A stretch of DNA of 64,000 bases from Alphaproteobacteria bacterium (GTDB taxonomy: Bacteria; Pseudomonadota; Alphaproteobacteria; SP197), in NCBI GenBank assembly GCA_964291265.2, contig OZ219747.1:928001-992000 (forward strand). Reading direction: 5' to 3'. A model generated the notes under the pieces. The model was not told the DNA's origin. It made no database searches and was given only the letters and a program-made list of their open reading frames with translations. Both the position numbers and the translations under genes were made by a program. The first letter of the stretch is position 1. Each line of letters begins with the position of its first letter. Shown in pieces: positions 18,900-28,023 of this stretch.

Positions 18900-20378
18900 T
18901 CACCCCTTGTTGGGGTCTGGTTGTCCGTAGTGCTCGTTGAGGATGTCTGCGGCCTTTCCGTCGAGGGCGATGTGGATGGCGACGTGAGGGTTGTAGCCGA
19001 GTGCGTCCATGGTGGTGAGGTAGCTTGAGCCTCGGCACCATGCCTTGGCGTGGGGCATGGTGCGGAAACATCCGGACACCTTGATCTTGACCTTTGTCAT
19101 CCTGATCTTCTGCTCTCCGGTATTATTTGTGAAACTGACATTGGGGTCCTTCATGAAGCGCAGGACGGACTTCTCGTGTTTCACGAGACGTTCATGCAGG
19201 TTGTGCGCGTCGGACTTTGCGATGCGTCCCCGTTTTCCTTTCGTCCGTGGCGGGATGTCGGGCAGTTCCTTGGCGCCCTGGGTGAGGATGGTGCGGTAGC
19301 GCTTGCGCACGGCCCGGCGGTCGGCCTCGTTCAAGGTCTTGGATGCGCTCTTGTTGACCCTGCGGGAGACCTCGCGCAGCAGGCTTTTCATCAGTCGCGC
19401 CCAGCGGTAGCCGTTGGACTCGACGACGAAGGTCATCTTGCGCAGCAGGTGGCTGCCGCACAGTTGGTGGCGGCACTGATCGTAGCCCATGTAGGCAGCC
19501 CAGCAGTCGTGGATCAGGACGCCCTTGTAGCGCGGGATGATGCCGATATCTTCGATCGCCTCCCGGCCGCGCTTGGGGTGCGGGAACTTGCACGTCAGGG
19601 TGCCGTCGGTGACGACATGGAGCCATTGGGTCTTGCCGGCGACCCGGAAGCCGGTCTCGTCGACATGCAGGGCCGGTTGTTGCAGGAGATGGGCCACGGC
19701 GGCCTCCTCCCATGATGCGAGGGCATCGTGAAAGCGCCGGACATAGCCGAGGCAGGTCGCCTCGGAGAGCTTGATGCCGGAGATCGCGTGCACGAGCGAG
19801 ACGGCACGACGCAGGGACAGCATCTGGGCGATCAGCAGGTTGATGACGAGGGCCTGGATGCTGACGCCGTACTGCAGGGGGCCCGGCATGTTGTCTGGGA
19901 ACCGGCCCTTGGTCCGGGCCCGGCACTTCGGGCATTCCTTGATCTCGGCTTCGACGCGGTGCTCGACGACTTCGAACACGATGTCGTAGAGGACGCGGCA
20001 CTCCCGGTCGACGGGGTCGACATCGTGGAGGTCGGCGCCGCAGGCGTTGCAGGCATCGACGGTGATCGTCTCCTCGATGGTGGTCGTGCGCAGGTTGTCG
20101 CCCGTCTGCTGGTTCGGCTTCGGGCCCTTGCCGTGGCTCCCGGTGCGCCTCGCGCTCTCGTCCTTGTCAGTCTGCGATGGCGGCAGACCGGAGTTCCGGC
20201 TTGTCTTACGTGTGATCTTCTCCATGAGCACGGTCAGCAACAGCTTTATCAGCATCAGCATGCCGCGGAAGAGCTCCTCGCACTCCTGGTTGACCTTGCC
20301 CTGCTTGCGGAGATCCTGGAACTGCTTCTGGAAGATGTCGGCCTCCTGGCGCACAGACGTGCCGTTCACGCTCGCCAT
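18900..20378 (-). CDS. IS66-family transposase (type A, open frame)
   Basis: KTSRNSGLPPS, CNACG/CPKC, LHVDETG, IHDCW, HQLCGSHLLR, FTNNTGEQKIR, KVSGCFR. Confidence 0.92.
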   Translation of the reverse strand: MASVNGTSVRQEADIFQKQFQDLRKQGKVNQECEELFRGMLMLIKLLLTVLMEKITRKTSRNSGLPPSQTDKDESARRTGSHGKGPKPNQQTGDNLRTTTIEETITVDACNACGADLHDVDPVDRECRVLYDIVFEVVEHRVEAEIKECPKCRARTKGRFPDNMPGPLQYGVSIQALVINLLIAQMLSLRRAVSLVHAISGIKLSEATCLGYVRRFHDALASWEEAAVAHLLQQPALHVDETGFRVAGKTQWLHVVTDGTLTCKFPHPKRGREAIEDIGIIPRYKGVLIHDCWAAYMGYDQCRHQLCGSHLLRKMTFVVESNGYRWARLMKSLLREVSRRVNKSASKTLNEADRRAVRKRYRTILTQGAKELPDIPPRTKGKRGRIAKSDAHNLHERLVKHEKSVLRFMKDPNVSFTNNTGEQKIRMTKVKIKVSGCFRTMPHAKAWCRGSSYLTTMDALGYNPHVAIHIALDGKAADILNEHYGQPDPNKG

Positions 20379-21040
20379 GACGACGCCTCCACCGCCATGA
20401 CTGCCGCCAGCACGGCGAGCCGCTCGCCTTCGGGCATCGTCCGGTAGCGCCGCGCCCAGCTCTCTGCGAGGCGCTTGATGCGCTGGCGGTCGATCGAGTT
20501 CCTGCCCGCACACGTATGCCAGTGCGGTCGGCCCGGTGCGAAGTTGAACCACAGCTTCTCGGTGACAACGCAGGCCTGGTTGTTGACCTGGACCTCGGCC
20601 GAGCGCCAGCCGGCGAGGTGCGTGTCGTAGAGCCGCGAGGGATAGCCGGAGATCATCACCTGGCAGGGCAGCGACGTCAGGATGTCGAGGAGCGCAACAT
20701 GGTCATCGTCCGTGCAGTCGAAGCGGTAGCGGCGCTGCGACCGGCGCGTCGACTGCACGTAAGGCGGGTCGCAGTAGACCAGCTCGCGGCCCTGGAAGGC
20801 GAAGGTCTCGAGAAAACGCAGGGCGCAGCCTTGGTGAAGCTCCACCGGATAGTCACAGCGGAAGGTGTCGATCGCCCGGCGGTTGAGGTCAATGCCGATG
20901 CTGCGTAGCGCCGGAGGCTTGCGCTTCATGATCGCGCCGCCCCCAAGGAACGCCTCGATGTACACGTCATGCGGCGGCATGGCCGCGACAATCGCCTGGC
21001 TCAGACCCGTCGTCGCCTTCGATCCATACCATGCCGCCAT
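20366..21040 (-). CDS. Dam/D12-class DNA adenine methyltransferase (IS passenger)
   Basis: YGSK, YIEAFLGGGA, YCDPPY, MISGY, TEKLWFNF. Stop codon overlaps the transposase start region. Confidence 0.88.
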   Translation of the reverse strand: MAAWYGSKATTGLSQAIVAAMPPHDVYIEAFLGGGAIMKRKPPALRSIGIDLNRRAIDTFRCDYPVELHQGCALRFLETFAFQGRELVYCDPPYVQSTRRSQRRYRFDCTDDDHVALLDILTSLPCQVMISGYPSRLYDTHLAGWRSAEVQVNNQACVVTEKLWFNFAPGRPHWHTCAGRNSIDRQRIKRLAESWARRYRTMPEGERLAVLAAVMAVEASSWRA

Positions 21041-21383
21041 CAATATCTCCGACGCAATCCGCCCCGATGGCCTGCATGTAGAGCGCCCCTCCTACAATGT
21101 CAAGCGCATATCTCCAGAGGATTGGAAAGGCAGCCAACGGAACACGCTCCACCGGACAGAACGGTTGACACGCAACCTCGGCGCGGGGTGCCGGATCACG
21201 TCGCAGCCCCCTCCCCATAAGGCCGGAACGTGGAGCTGAAGCCGAAGATCGATCCGCTTCTTGTCAGTCGGAACACGCACATCCGATCATCGGCAGCGAG
21301 CCAGTGAAGGCGGCAAGAGAAAATGCCGGATCCGAACTCGTCAGGAAAAACCATTCGTCATCAGTAGGGGGGTGAGTAGTTAC

Positions 21384-22139
21384 AAGGAATCTTCACAAGG
21401 GCACGACCAGAATAATCGCTCCACAGCACACCATCAAAGCCGCACAAACTTGGTTGATTAAGAACAATCTGATACAGCATCTCCCGCACTTCAGAACACT
21501 CAACAGGGGGATAGCAGTTCAACAACAGCAACCACCGTTCAACGAAGTTTCCGTCCTCCCAAGGGAACTTCTTGCACTTGGTCTCCAAAGCTCGTTCCAA
21601 CATGCTTGAAGTCGCCGAGAGGATCTCCGATACTCCAGGGCTGGTGTAAATTTTCCAGGAACATTCTGGACCACCTGGTTTGAGCATAATGCCAGGACGC
21701 TTCAGCGTTTTATCACCATTTCTTTCAATATGTTGGCAAACAAGTGCCCTCGTTTTAGTCTTCCATTTTTATCGAAAAGTACTGCATTTTGATTCAGGGG
21801 ATCATCTGGCTCAGGCCCGAGAAGGCCGAGAAATAAGATGTAGTCACGCGTACGCTGATTGCGTGTTATTCTATCAAGTTCTTCCCCGTATTGGCGAAGC
21901 GGAACAATCAAGTCTTTTGATGACATGATCTTTTCTTTATTATAACCCATGGCCTCTTGGTAAACCCTGGTTACCTCAACACCCCATCGATCACCATTTT
22001 TCATTTTTACCACAATATCCGGTGGATCATTCGGGTGCACTCGCACTTGAAATCCGGACAATTCTTGGGCCTCCAGGTATTTGCGCAACAACTCGCAGGA
22101 AAATTCTTCGTCCGAAATACCTTCTTCTTCGTCCGACAT
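21384..22139 (-). pseudogene. Low-GC hypothetical gene, PD-(D/E)XK-like, frameshifted and clipped by IS66
   Basis: DPPDIVV...WGVEVT motif. Split into ORFs 21702-22139 and 21361-21687. The last codons lie beyond the IS at ~18870-18891. Confidence 0.45.
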
Positions 22140-22517
22140 ACCTTCGTATCCTCCTCGTAATTAGTAACCCTTGCTCTCCGACAATCCATGCCACGGCACT
22201 CTGGTAGGATCAACCGGTTGTCACCACTTCCATACCATGAAGACTTGCCTTTGGTCAATAGGATGCGATGAATAGTGTTCAAGCAAGGAGAATTTCATCC
22301 AACGTGACGTTCTTCCGCTCTGCCAGAATACAGGCCAAGTGACGTAGTGCCCGTGTCGTCGACACTTTGAAGTGGGTGCGGGTCTCGTACAGGATAATGT
22401 GTTTTTCGGTAATGCCCTTGTGTCTTGCAATGTTCGCAGTTTGTTAGGAATCCACCCACCTTTTTTCGTGCACCCCGCCGGTTGGCGCCTGACGATCCGA
22501 CAACACGGTTTCCGTCG

Positions 22518-22622
22518 TGCTCTGTGCGCTTCAGTTTCGGTCGATACTCGACAGACACGGAAATCGAGCAAGAAGCTGACATGGCCCTCGGGGTGCTCGA
22601 GTCCCTGGCAGACCGGACTTGA
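22518..22622 (+). pseudogene. C-terminal remnant of a cysteine desulfurase (IscS/DndA-like)
   Basis: SVRFSFGRYSTDTEIE resembles the conserved IscS C-terminus; nothing upstream matches. Confidence 0.5.
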
Positions 22623-22644
22623 CGATGGCGCAGCCCCATGACTG

Positions 22645-23781
22645 TCAGGCAGTCGCGTCCAACCCGAGCATGTCCGAGATTGCCGTTGCGATCCGCTCGG
22701 CAGCGGCTTCGGTTTCCCGGTCGCCCGTGTGGGCGTAGCGCAGGGTCATGGTCGTCTGCGCGTGACCGAGGAGCCTTGCGACGACGGGAAGCGGCGTTCC
22801 CTGCATGACGGCATGGCTGGCGAATGTATGGCGCAGATCATGGAGCCTGACATCCTCGATGCCGGCCTCCCTGCGGACGACGTACCACAGTGGGAGATCG
22901 TCGTTGAGCGGCCGTCCGGGATCGCGGGGGGACGGGAAGACGAATGCGCTGTCGCCGGGAAGACGGCGCTCGATGATGGCCTGGGCCGGGGCATTCAGGA
23001 CGACCGTGCGCGGACCGACCTTGCTGTTCCGGAGCCGGAGACTGTTGCCGAGCACCTCCTGCTTCTGCAGGCGGACGATCTCGTTCTTGCGACACCCGGT
23101 AAGCATGAGAAGCCGGATGATGTCGATCTGCATTCGCCGTGATCGACTGATCCCCTGGAGATTGTCGTGGCGGTCCAGCACGTCATGCAGCCGATGAAGT
23201 TCCTCGCGCGAGAGGAAGCGGGTGAGTTTCCTGCGCGGGTTGGGTTTCACCGACCTTGCCGGGTTCGCTGTGATGTGGCCGCAGGCCATGGCGTGATTGA
23301 GGATGTGTCGAAGGACCTTCAGGCATGAATTGGCCCCGCCGGGCGCCGTTCTGCTGTAGTCGTCGAACCAGCGGTGCACCATGGCGGGCGTGATCTGGTC
23401 CAGGCATCGGGAACCGAATGTCGGCAACAGGCGGGCTTGAAGGCACCTGTCGCGCCACTGGATCGTTCCGGGCTTGCACCGACGGACCCAGGAATCGCGC
23501 CATGCGACAGCAAAGTCCCTGAACAACGGGACCGAAGCCCTGTCGTCGTGACCGGCTGCCAGTCTTTCGAGGCTCTCCTTGCGGGCCACCTTGACCGTCT
23601 TGAAGGCGACCGGACCAAGCGATGTCCTTCTTCCGCCGTCGATGTGAACGAAGCCGCGGCCTCCCGACGGGTGGACCCGAACCCCGAGAGAGGGAACGAA
23701 GGTATCGCGAAGCGTGTACTCCCGGGATCGCGGCTTGAGGTTGCGCACGAGGGTATCTGTCAGCTTCTTCCTGCGGTTCAT
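22645..23781 (-). CDS. Tyrosine recombinase/integrase 2
   Basis: Arm-binding N-terminus; TGCRKNE, SKVG, HDLRHTFAS, LLGH, RYAH. Confidence 0.93.
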   Translation of the reverse strand: MNRRKKLTDTLVRNLKPRSREYTLRDTFVPSLGVRVHPSGGRGFVHIDGGRRTSLGPVAFKTVKVARKESLERLAAGHDDRASVPLFRDFAVAWRDSWVRRCKPGTIQWRDRCLQARLLPTFGSRCLDQITPAMVHRWFDDYSRTAPGGANSCLKVLRHILNHAMACGHITANPARSVKPNPRRKLTRFLSREELHRLHDVLDRHDNLQGISRSRRMQIDIIRLLMLTGCRKNEIVRLQKQEVLGNSLRLRNSKVGPRTVVLNAPAQAIIERRLPGDSAFVFPSPRDPGRPLNDDLPLWYVVRREAGIEDVRLHDLRHTFASHAVMQGTPLPVVARLLGHAQTTMTLRYAHTGDRETEAAAERIATAISDMLGLDATA

Positions 23782-24905
23782 GCATCAGTCCTTCCGAGAA
23801 CGGAGCCCACGGCCTCTGCCGCTTCGGCCATCATGCCGTCGGCGAGATGCGTGTACTTGAGAGTGGTGGCGGGATCGTTGTGACCGAGCAGTCGACCGAC
23901 GGTGAGAATGTTCTCTCCGTGCATGACGGCAAGGGAGGCGTAGGTGTGACGCAGGTCGTGAAGGCGCACATCCTCCAGGCCCGCTTCGGAGCGCACACGC
24001 ATCCAGAAGTATCCGATGGCGCCTTGCGAGATGGACCTGGCTGTGGTCCTTGGCGATGGAAACATCCAAGGCGAACGACGAGGCAACGTTGTCAGGATCT
24101 TCCGGGCGGGAGCCGACAGCCAGACCATGCGTGGCCCCGTCTTGGAATCCGCGAGATGGAGATGGCCCTCGCGGTAGTCCGCCCAGCGCAGCGACAGGAT
24201 CTCCTGGCTTCGGCACCCGGTGAGGAGCAGGAGGCGGATGATCGCCACCTGTGCCGGAAAGTGCGCTTCATGGTCCTGCAGCACGCGCCCGAGCCGGCGG
24301 ACCTCCTCCACGCAACAGAAGCGCTCCCGTCCCTGCCGTCGATAGCGCCTGATGCCCCGGCACGGATTGCTGCCTTCAGGCCGGTATCCGTAGTCCTCGG
24401 CACGGGCCATGATGACCGAGAGAACCGGCGCCGACCGGTCGGCTGCGACCGGCGTCGCGTACAGGGAGGCGAACCACTCCTGAACGTCACCGCGCACGAT
24501 CTCCGCGATCTGGCGTCCACGGAACCACGGCAGGATCTGATTGCGGTAGTAGTTCCGGTTGACCTCGAGTGTGCTGGACTTCCATGTTCGCCCGTACCGG
24601 CGAAAGACCTCCTCGGCGACCGTTTCGAACAGGGTTTCGTCGGATGAAGCGGGAGCGTCGCTTCTGATGGCGGTCAGCATGGCTTGTGCGCGTTGTCTGG
24701 CCTCGGCGAGACCGATCCCGGCAGCGTCACCGACGATCTTCCAGATCCTCTGTCCATCATGCTGGGTATGGATGAAGTAGCGCTTGCGCCCCGATGGGTA
24801 GACACGGATGCCGAATCCCTTGAGATGGGCGTCACGGGTGTCCCGGGCAGCCCTGCGCGGACGAAGGGCCTTGATGCGGCTCTCGGTGAGATGTTTTGCA
24901 GCCAT
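23778..24905 (-). CDS. Tyrosine recombinase/integrase 1
   Basis: Arm-binding N-terminus; TGCRSQE, SKTG, HDLRHTYAS, LLGH, KYTH. ATGA-coupled to integrase 2; starts ~120 bp from attR. Confidence 0.93.
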   Translation of the reverse strand: MAAKHLTESRIKALRPRRAARDTRDAHLKGFGIRVYPSGRKRYFIHTQHDGQRIWKIVGDAAGIGLAEARQRAQAMLTAIRSDAPASSDETLFETVAEEVFRRYGRTWKSSTLEVNRNYYRNQILPWFRGRQIAEIVRGDVQEWFASLYATPVAADRSAPVLSVIMARAEDYGYRPEGSNPCRGIRRYRRQGRERFCCVEEVRRLGRVLQDHEAHFPAQVAIIRLLLLTGCRSQEILSLRWADYREGHLHLADSKTGPRMVWLSAPARKILTTLPRRSPWMFPSPRTTARSISQGAIGYFWMRVRSEAGLEDVRLHDLRHTYASLAVMHGENILTVGRLLGHNDPATTLKYTHLADGMMAEAAEAVGSVLGRTDA

Positions 24906-25025
24906 GGAGTCTCCCTCGAATGCGAGTTGCAGGAACGGGAGATTCCGTTCGCGCAATCGCCCGCAGTTGCAGGATCGAGAGAGAAAATACAGCGTTAGTT
25001 CAGTTGTTTAGCACCACAGGTGCGT

Positions 25026-25035
25026 CCCGCGGTGT
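25026..25035 (+). repeat. attR core (CCCGCGGTGT)
   Basis: Identical to 8295-8304; intron domain I sequence resumes here. Confidence 0.8.
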
Positions 25036-25144
25036 CGGAGAACCCATGCACGTCCGCACGCCTTCTGTTGGGACCCTGGGAGGTCTTCGAACTATCCCGC
25101 CTGTCGTGGCGGGACCGTGTAGGGAAAGGAGAAAGCCGAAGCCT

Positions 25145-26632
25145 ATGAGGAACGGTTTGAAGAAGTCGGATGGGGCCGTAAGACCGGTGAAGGCGGCGAA
25201 CAAGGGAGCGTCAGCTTCTGCGGAGTCGCTGGAGGAAAGGGCCTCAACCAAGGGGAATCCGGGACGCCAAAGCACGCACCGAACGCAGTGTCGGGCAAGT
25301 GTGCCACAGGCGGCGGACCGGATACGGGAAGCTGCAGAGAGGAACCCGAAGGAGCGTCTCACTGCACTCTTCCATCACATTACGCCGGACGCGCTCCGGG
25401 CGGCCTACTTCGGTTTGAAGAAGGAAGCCTCGGCAGGTGTCGACGGCGTGACGTGGGCGGCGTATGGCGAGGGTCTGGACGAGCGCTTGCTTGATCTGCA
25501 CTCGCGCCTGCATCGTGGGGGAGCGTACCGGGCGCCGCCGGTTCGGCGGGTTGAGATACCCAAGCCGGACGGCGGGACACGACCGCTCGGGATTGCCGCA
25601 CTGGAGGACAAGATCGTCCAGAAGGCGGTTGTGGATGTGATCCTGACACCGATTTATGAGGTGGAGTTCCTTGGCTTCAGCTACGGGTTCCGACCGGGCC
25701 GAGGGGCGCATGACGCTCTCGACGCCCTGGCGTTCGGGATCGAGCGGCGCAAGGTCAACTGGATAGTCGACGCGGACATTCAGGGGTACTTCGACACAAT
25801 CCCGAGGGATTGGTTGATCAAGTTCCTGGAGCATCGCATTGGCGACAGGCGGGTGATCCGTCTGATCCGCAAGTGGCTGAACGCTGGCGTCATGACCGAC
25901 GGATCATGGAGCGACACCGGTGCGGGCACGCCTCAGGGCGCCATTGTCAGCCCCTGCCTGGCGAACGTGTTTCTGCACTACGTGCTCGATCTGTGGTTTC
26001 ACAAGGCATGGCGTCCGAAGGTTCCGAACGGTAAAGCGATCATTGTCCGCTACGCGGACGATATTGTGGTCGGGTTCCAGCATAAGCGGGATGCGGAGAC
26101 ATACCTTCGCGACGTTCGGGAGAGGCTGGACCGCTTTGGTCTCACCCTTCACCCGGACAAGACCCGTCTCGTTGAGTTTGGACGGTTTGCCAAGGCGAAC
26201 CGGCGATCTCGCGGGGCGGGCAGGCCGGAGACGTTCGACTTCCTGGGCTTCACGCACTTCTGCACGGAGACCCGGAGAGGACGCTTCAGGCTTGGTCGCA
26301 AGCCGGTCGCAAAACGGGTCGCAAGGACCCTGGCGCGCATCGAGGAGGTGCTTCGCAATCGACGGCATCACGACATATGGGAGGTCGGCATGTGGCTTGG
26401 GCGAGTTGTCAATGGCTGGTCCAACTACTTCGCCGTTCCGGGGTCGACCCGATGGCTGCGCACGTTCCGCCAAAGGCTGCAACGCCTATGGCTGCGAGCG
26501 ATCCGCCGCCGCTCCCAGCGCCACTGCTTTGACTGGAAGCGATTGGAGCGCATGACCGAGCTTCTTTGGCCGCGCGTCTCCATCCGCCACCCATGGCCGG
26601 ACCAGCGGTTTACCGTCAAGCACCCGAGGTAG
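25145..26632 (+). CDS. ltrA: Group II intron reverse transcriptase/maturase (no En domain; start uncertain)
   Basis: AGVDGVT, IPKPDGGTRPLGI, SYGFRPGR, DADIQGYFD, GTPQG, RYADD, FDFLGF, domain X. Followed directly by DV/DVI. Confidence 0.95.
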   Translation: MRNGLKKSDGAVRPVKAANKGASASAESLEERASTKGNPGRQSTHRTQCRASVPQAADRIREAAERNPKERLTALFHHITPDALRAAYFGLKKEASAGVDGVTWAAYGEGLDERLLDLHSRLHRGGAYRAPPVRRVEIPKPDGGTRPLGIAALEDKIVQKAVVDVILTPIYEVEFLGFSYGFRPGRGAHDALDALAFGIERRKVNWIVDADIQGYFDTIPRDWLIKFLEHRIGDRRVIRLIRKWLNAGVMTDGSWSDTGAGTPQGAIVSPCLANVFLHYVLDLWFHKAWRPKVPNGKAIIVRYADDIVVGFQHKRDAETYLRDVRERLDRFGLTLHPDKTRLVEFGRFAKANRRSRGAGRPETFDFLGFTHFCTETRRGRFRLGRKPVAKRVARTLARIEEVLRNRRHHDIWEVGMWLGRVVNGWSNYFAVPGSTRWLRTFRQRLQRLWLRAIRRRSQRHCFDWKRLERMTELLWPRVSIRHPWPDQRFTVKHPR

Positions 26633-26704
26633 GAGCCGGATGGATTAACGTCCATGTCCGGATCTGTGCGGGGGGTGCGCAGCAATGCGCATCCCTACCG
26701 CGAC
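26633..26704 (+). ncRNA. Group II intron domains V and VI
   Basis: GAGCCGGATGGATTAACGTCCATGTCCGGATCT with AGC triad, then the GGGGGGTGCGC-AGCAAT-GCGCATCCCTACC hairpin with bulged A; ends in AC. Confidence 0.9.
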
Positions 26705-27661
26705 CCAGCTGGTCTCGTCGCCGTGGCGCACCGTCAGCCGGTTCTGATGATCGAGGATGGCCTGAGCGAGAGGCGCGAACATCGGCGTCATCTTCTTCAT
26801 GCCGCCAGCGATCGTTCCCGGCGCCATCGGCAGTCCCTGGTCTTCCAGCCATCGCGAGACCCGGCGCAGGGGACGCAAGCAGGCGAAGCGCTCATAGAGC
26901 ACGCATTCCCAGACACTGATGCCGAAGGGGGTATTCGCAAGCAAGCGCAAAGGTGGCGGCGCGATGATCTCCGCAGGCGCCGACGAACACTGACAACCAC
27001 GGCGCCAACGCCCACGTTCAATCCGCCGGATATGAGCCTTGACATGGACCTCCATGATCGAGGTCTCGTGGCTGCCGTTGGCCACATAGGGCTCGCCGCA
27101 ACACGGGCACGTGCGCTGCGATGCCGGTGGATCATGGCGCTCGTGCTTCTCCTCGAGCTTCGGACGCGGGGTGCGCCCGTGGCCGCTCTTGCCAGGTTGC
27201 TGACCCCGCTTGTTCCCTGTGCCTGCCTTCTTCTTCCGCTTCTCGCTCTTCGACCCGAAGCGCGCCTTCGCGTGCTTTTCACGCGTCTCGCGCAGCTTCG
27301 ACAGCTCGTTCTCCTGTTCAGCGTTCTTACGCTTCAGAGCGTTCCTTTCCCGCTCCAGCGCCTCCGCCAGGTCCTGTACCCGCTTCACCTCCCGGCGAGC
27401 CTTCTTGAGCTGATCACGAGTGCGGTCGAGATGAAACTTGAATGTGCCCGCACGGGCACGGGCAGAATTCTTCGCACGGCGCAGGTCACGCATGCTCGCT
27501 TCCGCCGCATCCGCACGAACCCGCTCCGCCTCATAGAGCGCACGCCAGTCAGGCGCCTCGCATGACAAGGCCGCTGACGCCCGACATAGGCCGTCACCAC
27601 CTCCCGTCAGCTGCTGTGTCGCTCCGCGCGTCTCGGCAAAAGTCTTCATGGCCTCGACCAT
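26705..27661 (-). pseudogene. IS66 type B transposase, N-terminal half (before intron)
   Basis: Coiled coil, FGSKSEK, CPCCG, ending at HGDETSW exactly at the intron boundary. Confidence 0.9.
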
Positions 27662-27759
27662 AATCGAGACCAAACGAGTTTACCAGCTCTTTCTCAGACG
27701 ATAGTCAGCAAGACCCAAACCAACCAAAATCAGCCATCACCGCACGGCCGAACGCTTAC

Positions 27760-27979
27760 AGAAGATCAGGATGACAAAGGTCAAGATCAAGGTGTCCGGA
27801 TGTTTCCGCACCATGCCCCACGCCAAAGCATGGTGCCGAGGCTCAAGCTACCTCACCACCATGGACGCACTCGGCTACAACCCTCACGTCGCCATCCACA
27901 TCGCCCTCGACGGAAAGGCCGTAGACATCCTCAACCAGCACTACGGACAACCAGACCCCAACAAGGGGTGAGTAGATAC
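27760..27979 (+). pseudogene. C-terminal end and right TIR of the IS66 type A copy that begins at 5582
   Basis: KIRMTKVKIKVSGCFR...PDPNKG* followed by GGGGTGAGTAGATAC. Confidence 0.88.
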
Positions 27980-28023
27980 ATTTGAGACTGGTAACGCGAT
28001 CTGACATGCGCTAGCTTCCGCGC

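Larger units (their letters stand above)
18892..21383 (-). mobile_element. IS66 type A element: methyltransferase plus transposase
   Basis: TIRs G(C/T)AACTACTCACCCC at both ends; TSD AAGGAATT/AAGGAATC (18884-18891, 21384-21391). Confidence 0.88.
8295..25035. mobile_element. Integrative mobilisable element (~16.7 kb) inserted in intron domain I
   Basis: Flanked by direct repeats CCCGCGGTGT. Integrase pair next to the right repeat; relaxase and RHH genes at the left. Intron sequence resumes after the right repeat. Confidence 0.85.
8055..26704 (+). mobile_element. Group II intron (probably bacterial class E, IIB-like), inserted antisense in IS66 tnpC and split by an integrated element
   Basis: 5' GTGTG at 8055. 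EBS1-like CGCATC (8241-8246) is complementary to the exon end GATGCG (8049-8054). DV/DVI at 26633-26704 end in CCCTACCGCGAC. Removing the intron restores the copy-1 sequence exactly. Confidence 0.9.
6847..27759 (-). mobile_element. IS66 type B copy 2, expanded to 20.9 kb by nested insertions
   Basis: TIRs GTAAGCGTTCGG (6847) and CCGAACGCTTAC (27759). 8-bp TSD AGAAGATC at 6839-6846 and 27760-27767. Confidence 0.92.

Noticed and set aside
18105-19028. 307-aa ORF as an intact integrase
   Set aside because: It runs across an IS1595 end, an integrase remnant and an IS66 end, and has no catalytic domain.
24896-26632. RT as a retron, DGR or CRISPR-associated RT
   Set aside because: It has group II intron motifs, domain X and directly adjacent DV/DVI, and a matching 5' end with exact exon junctions exists.
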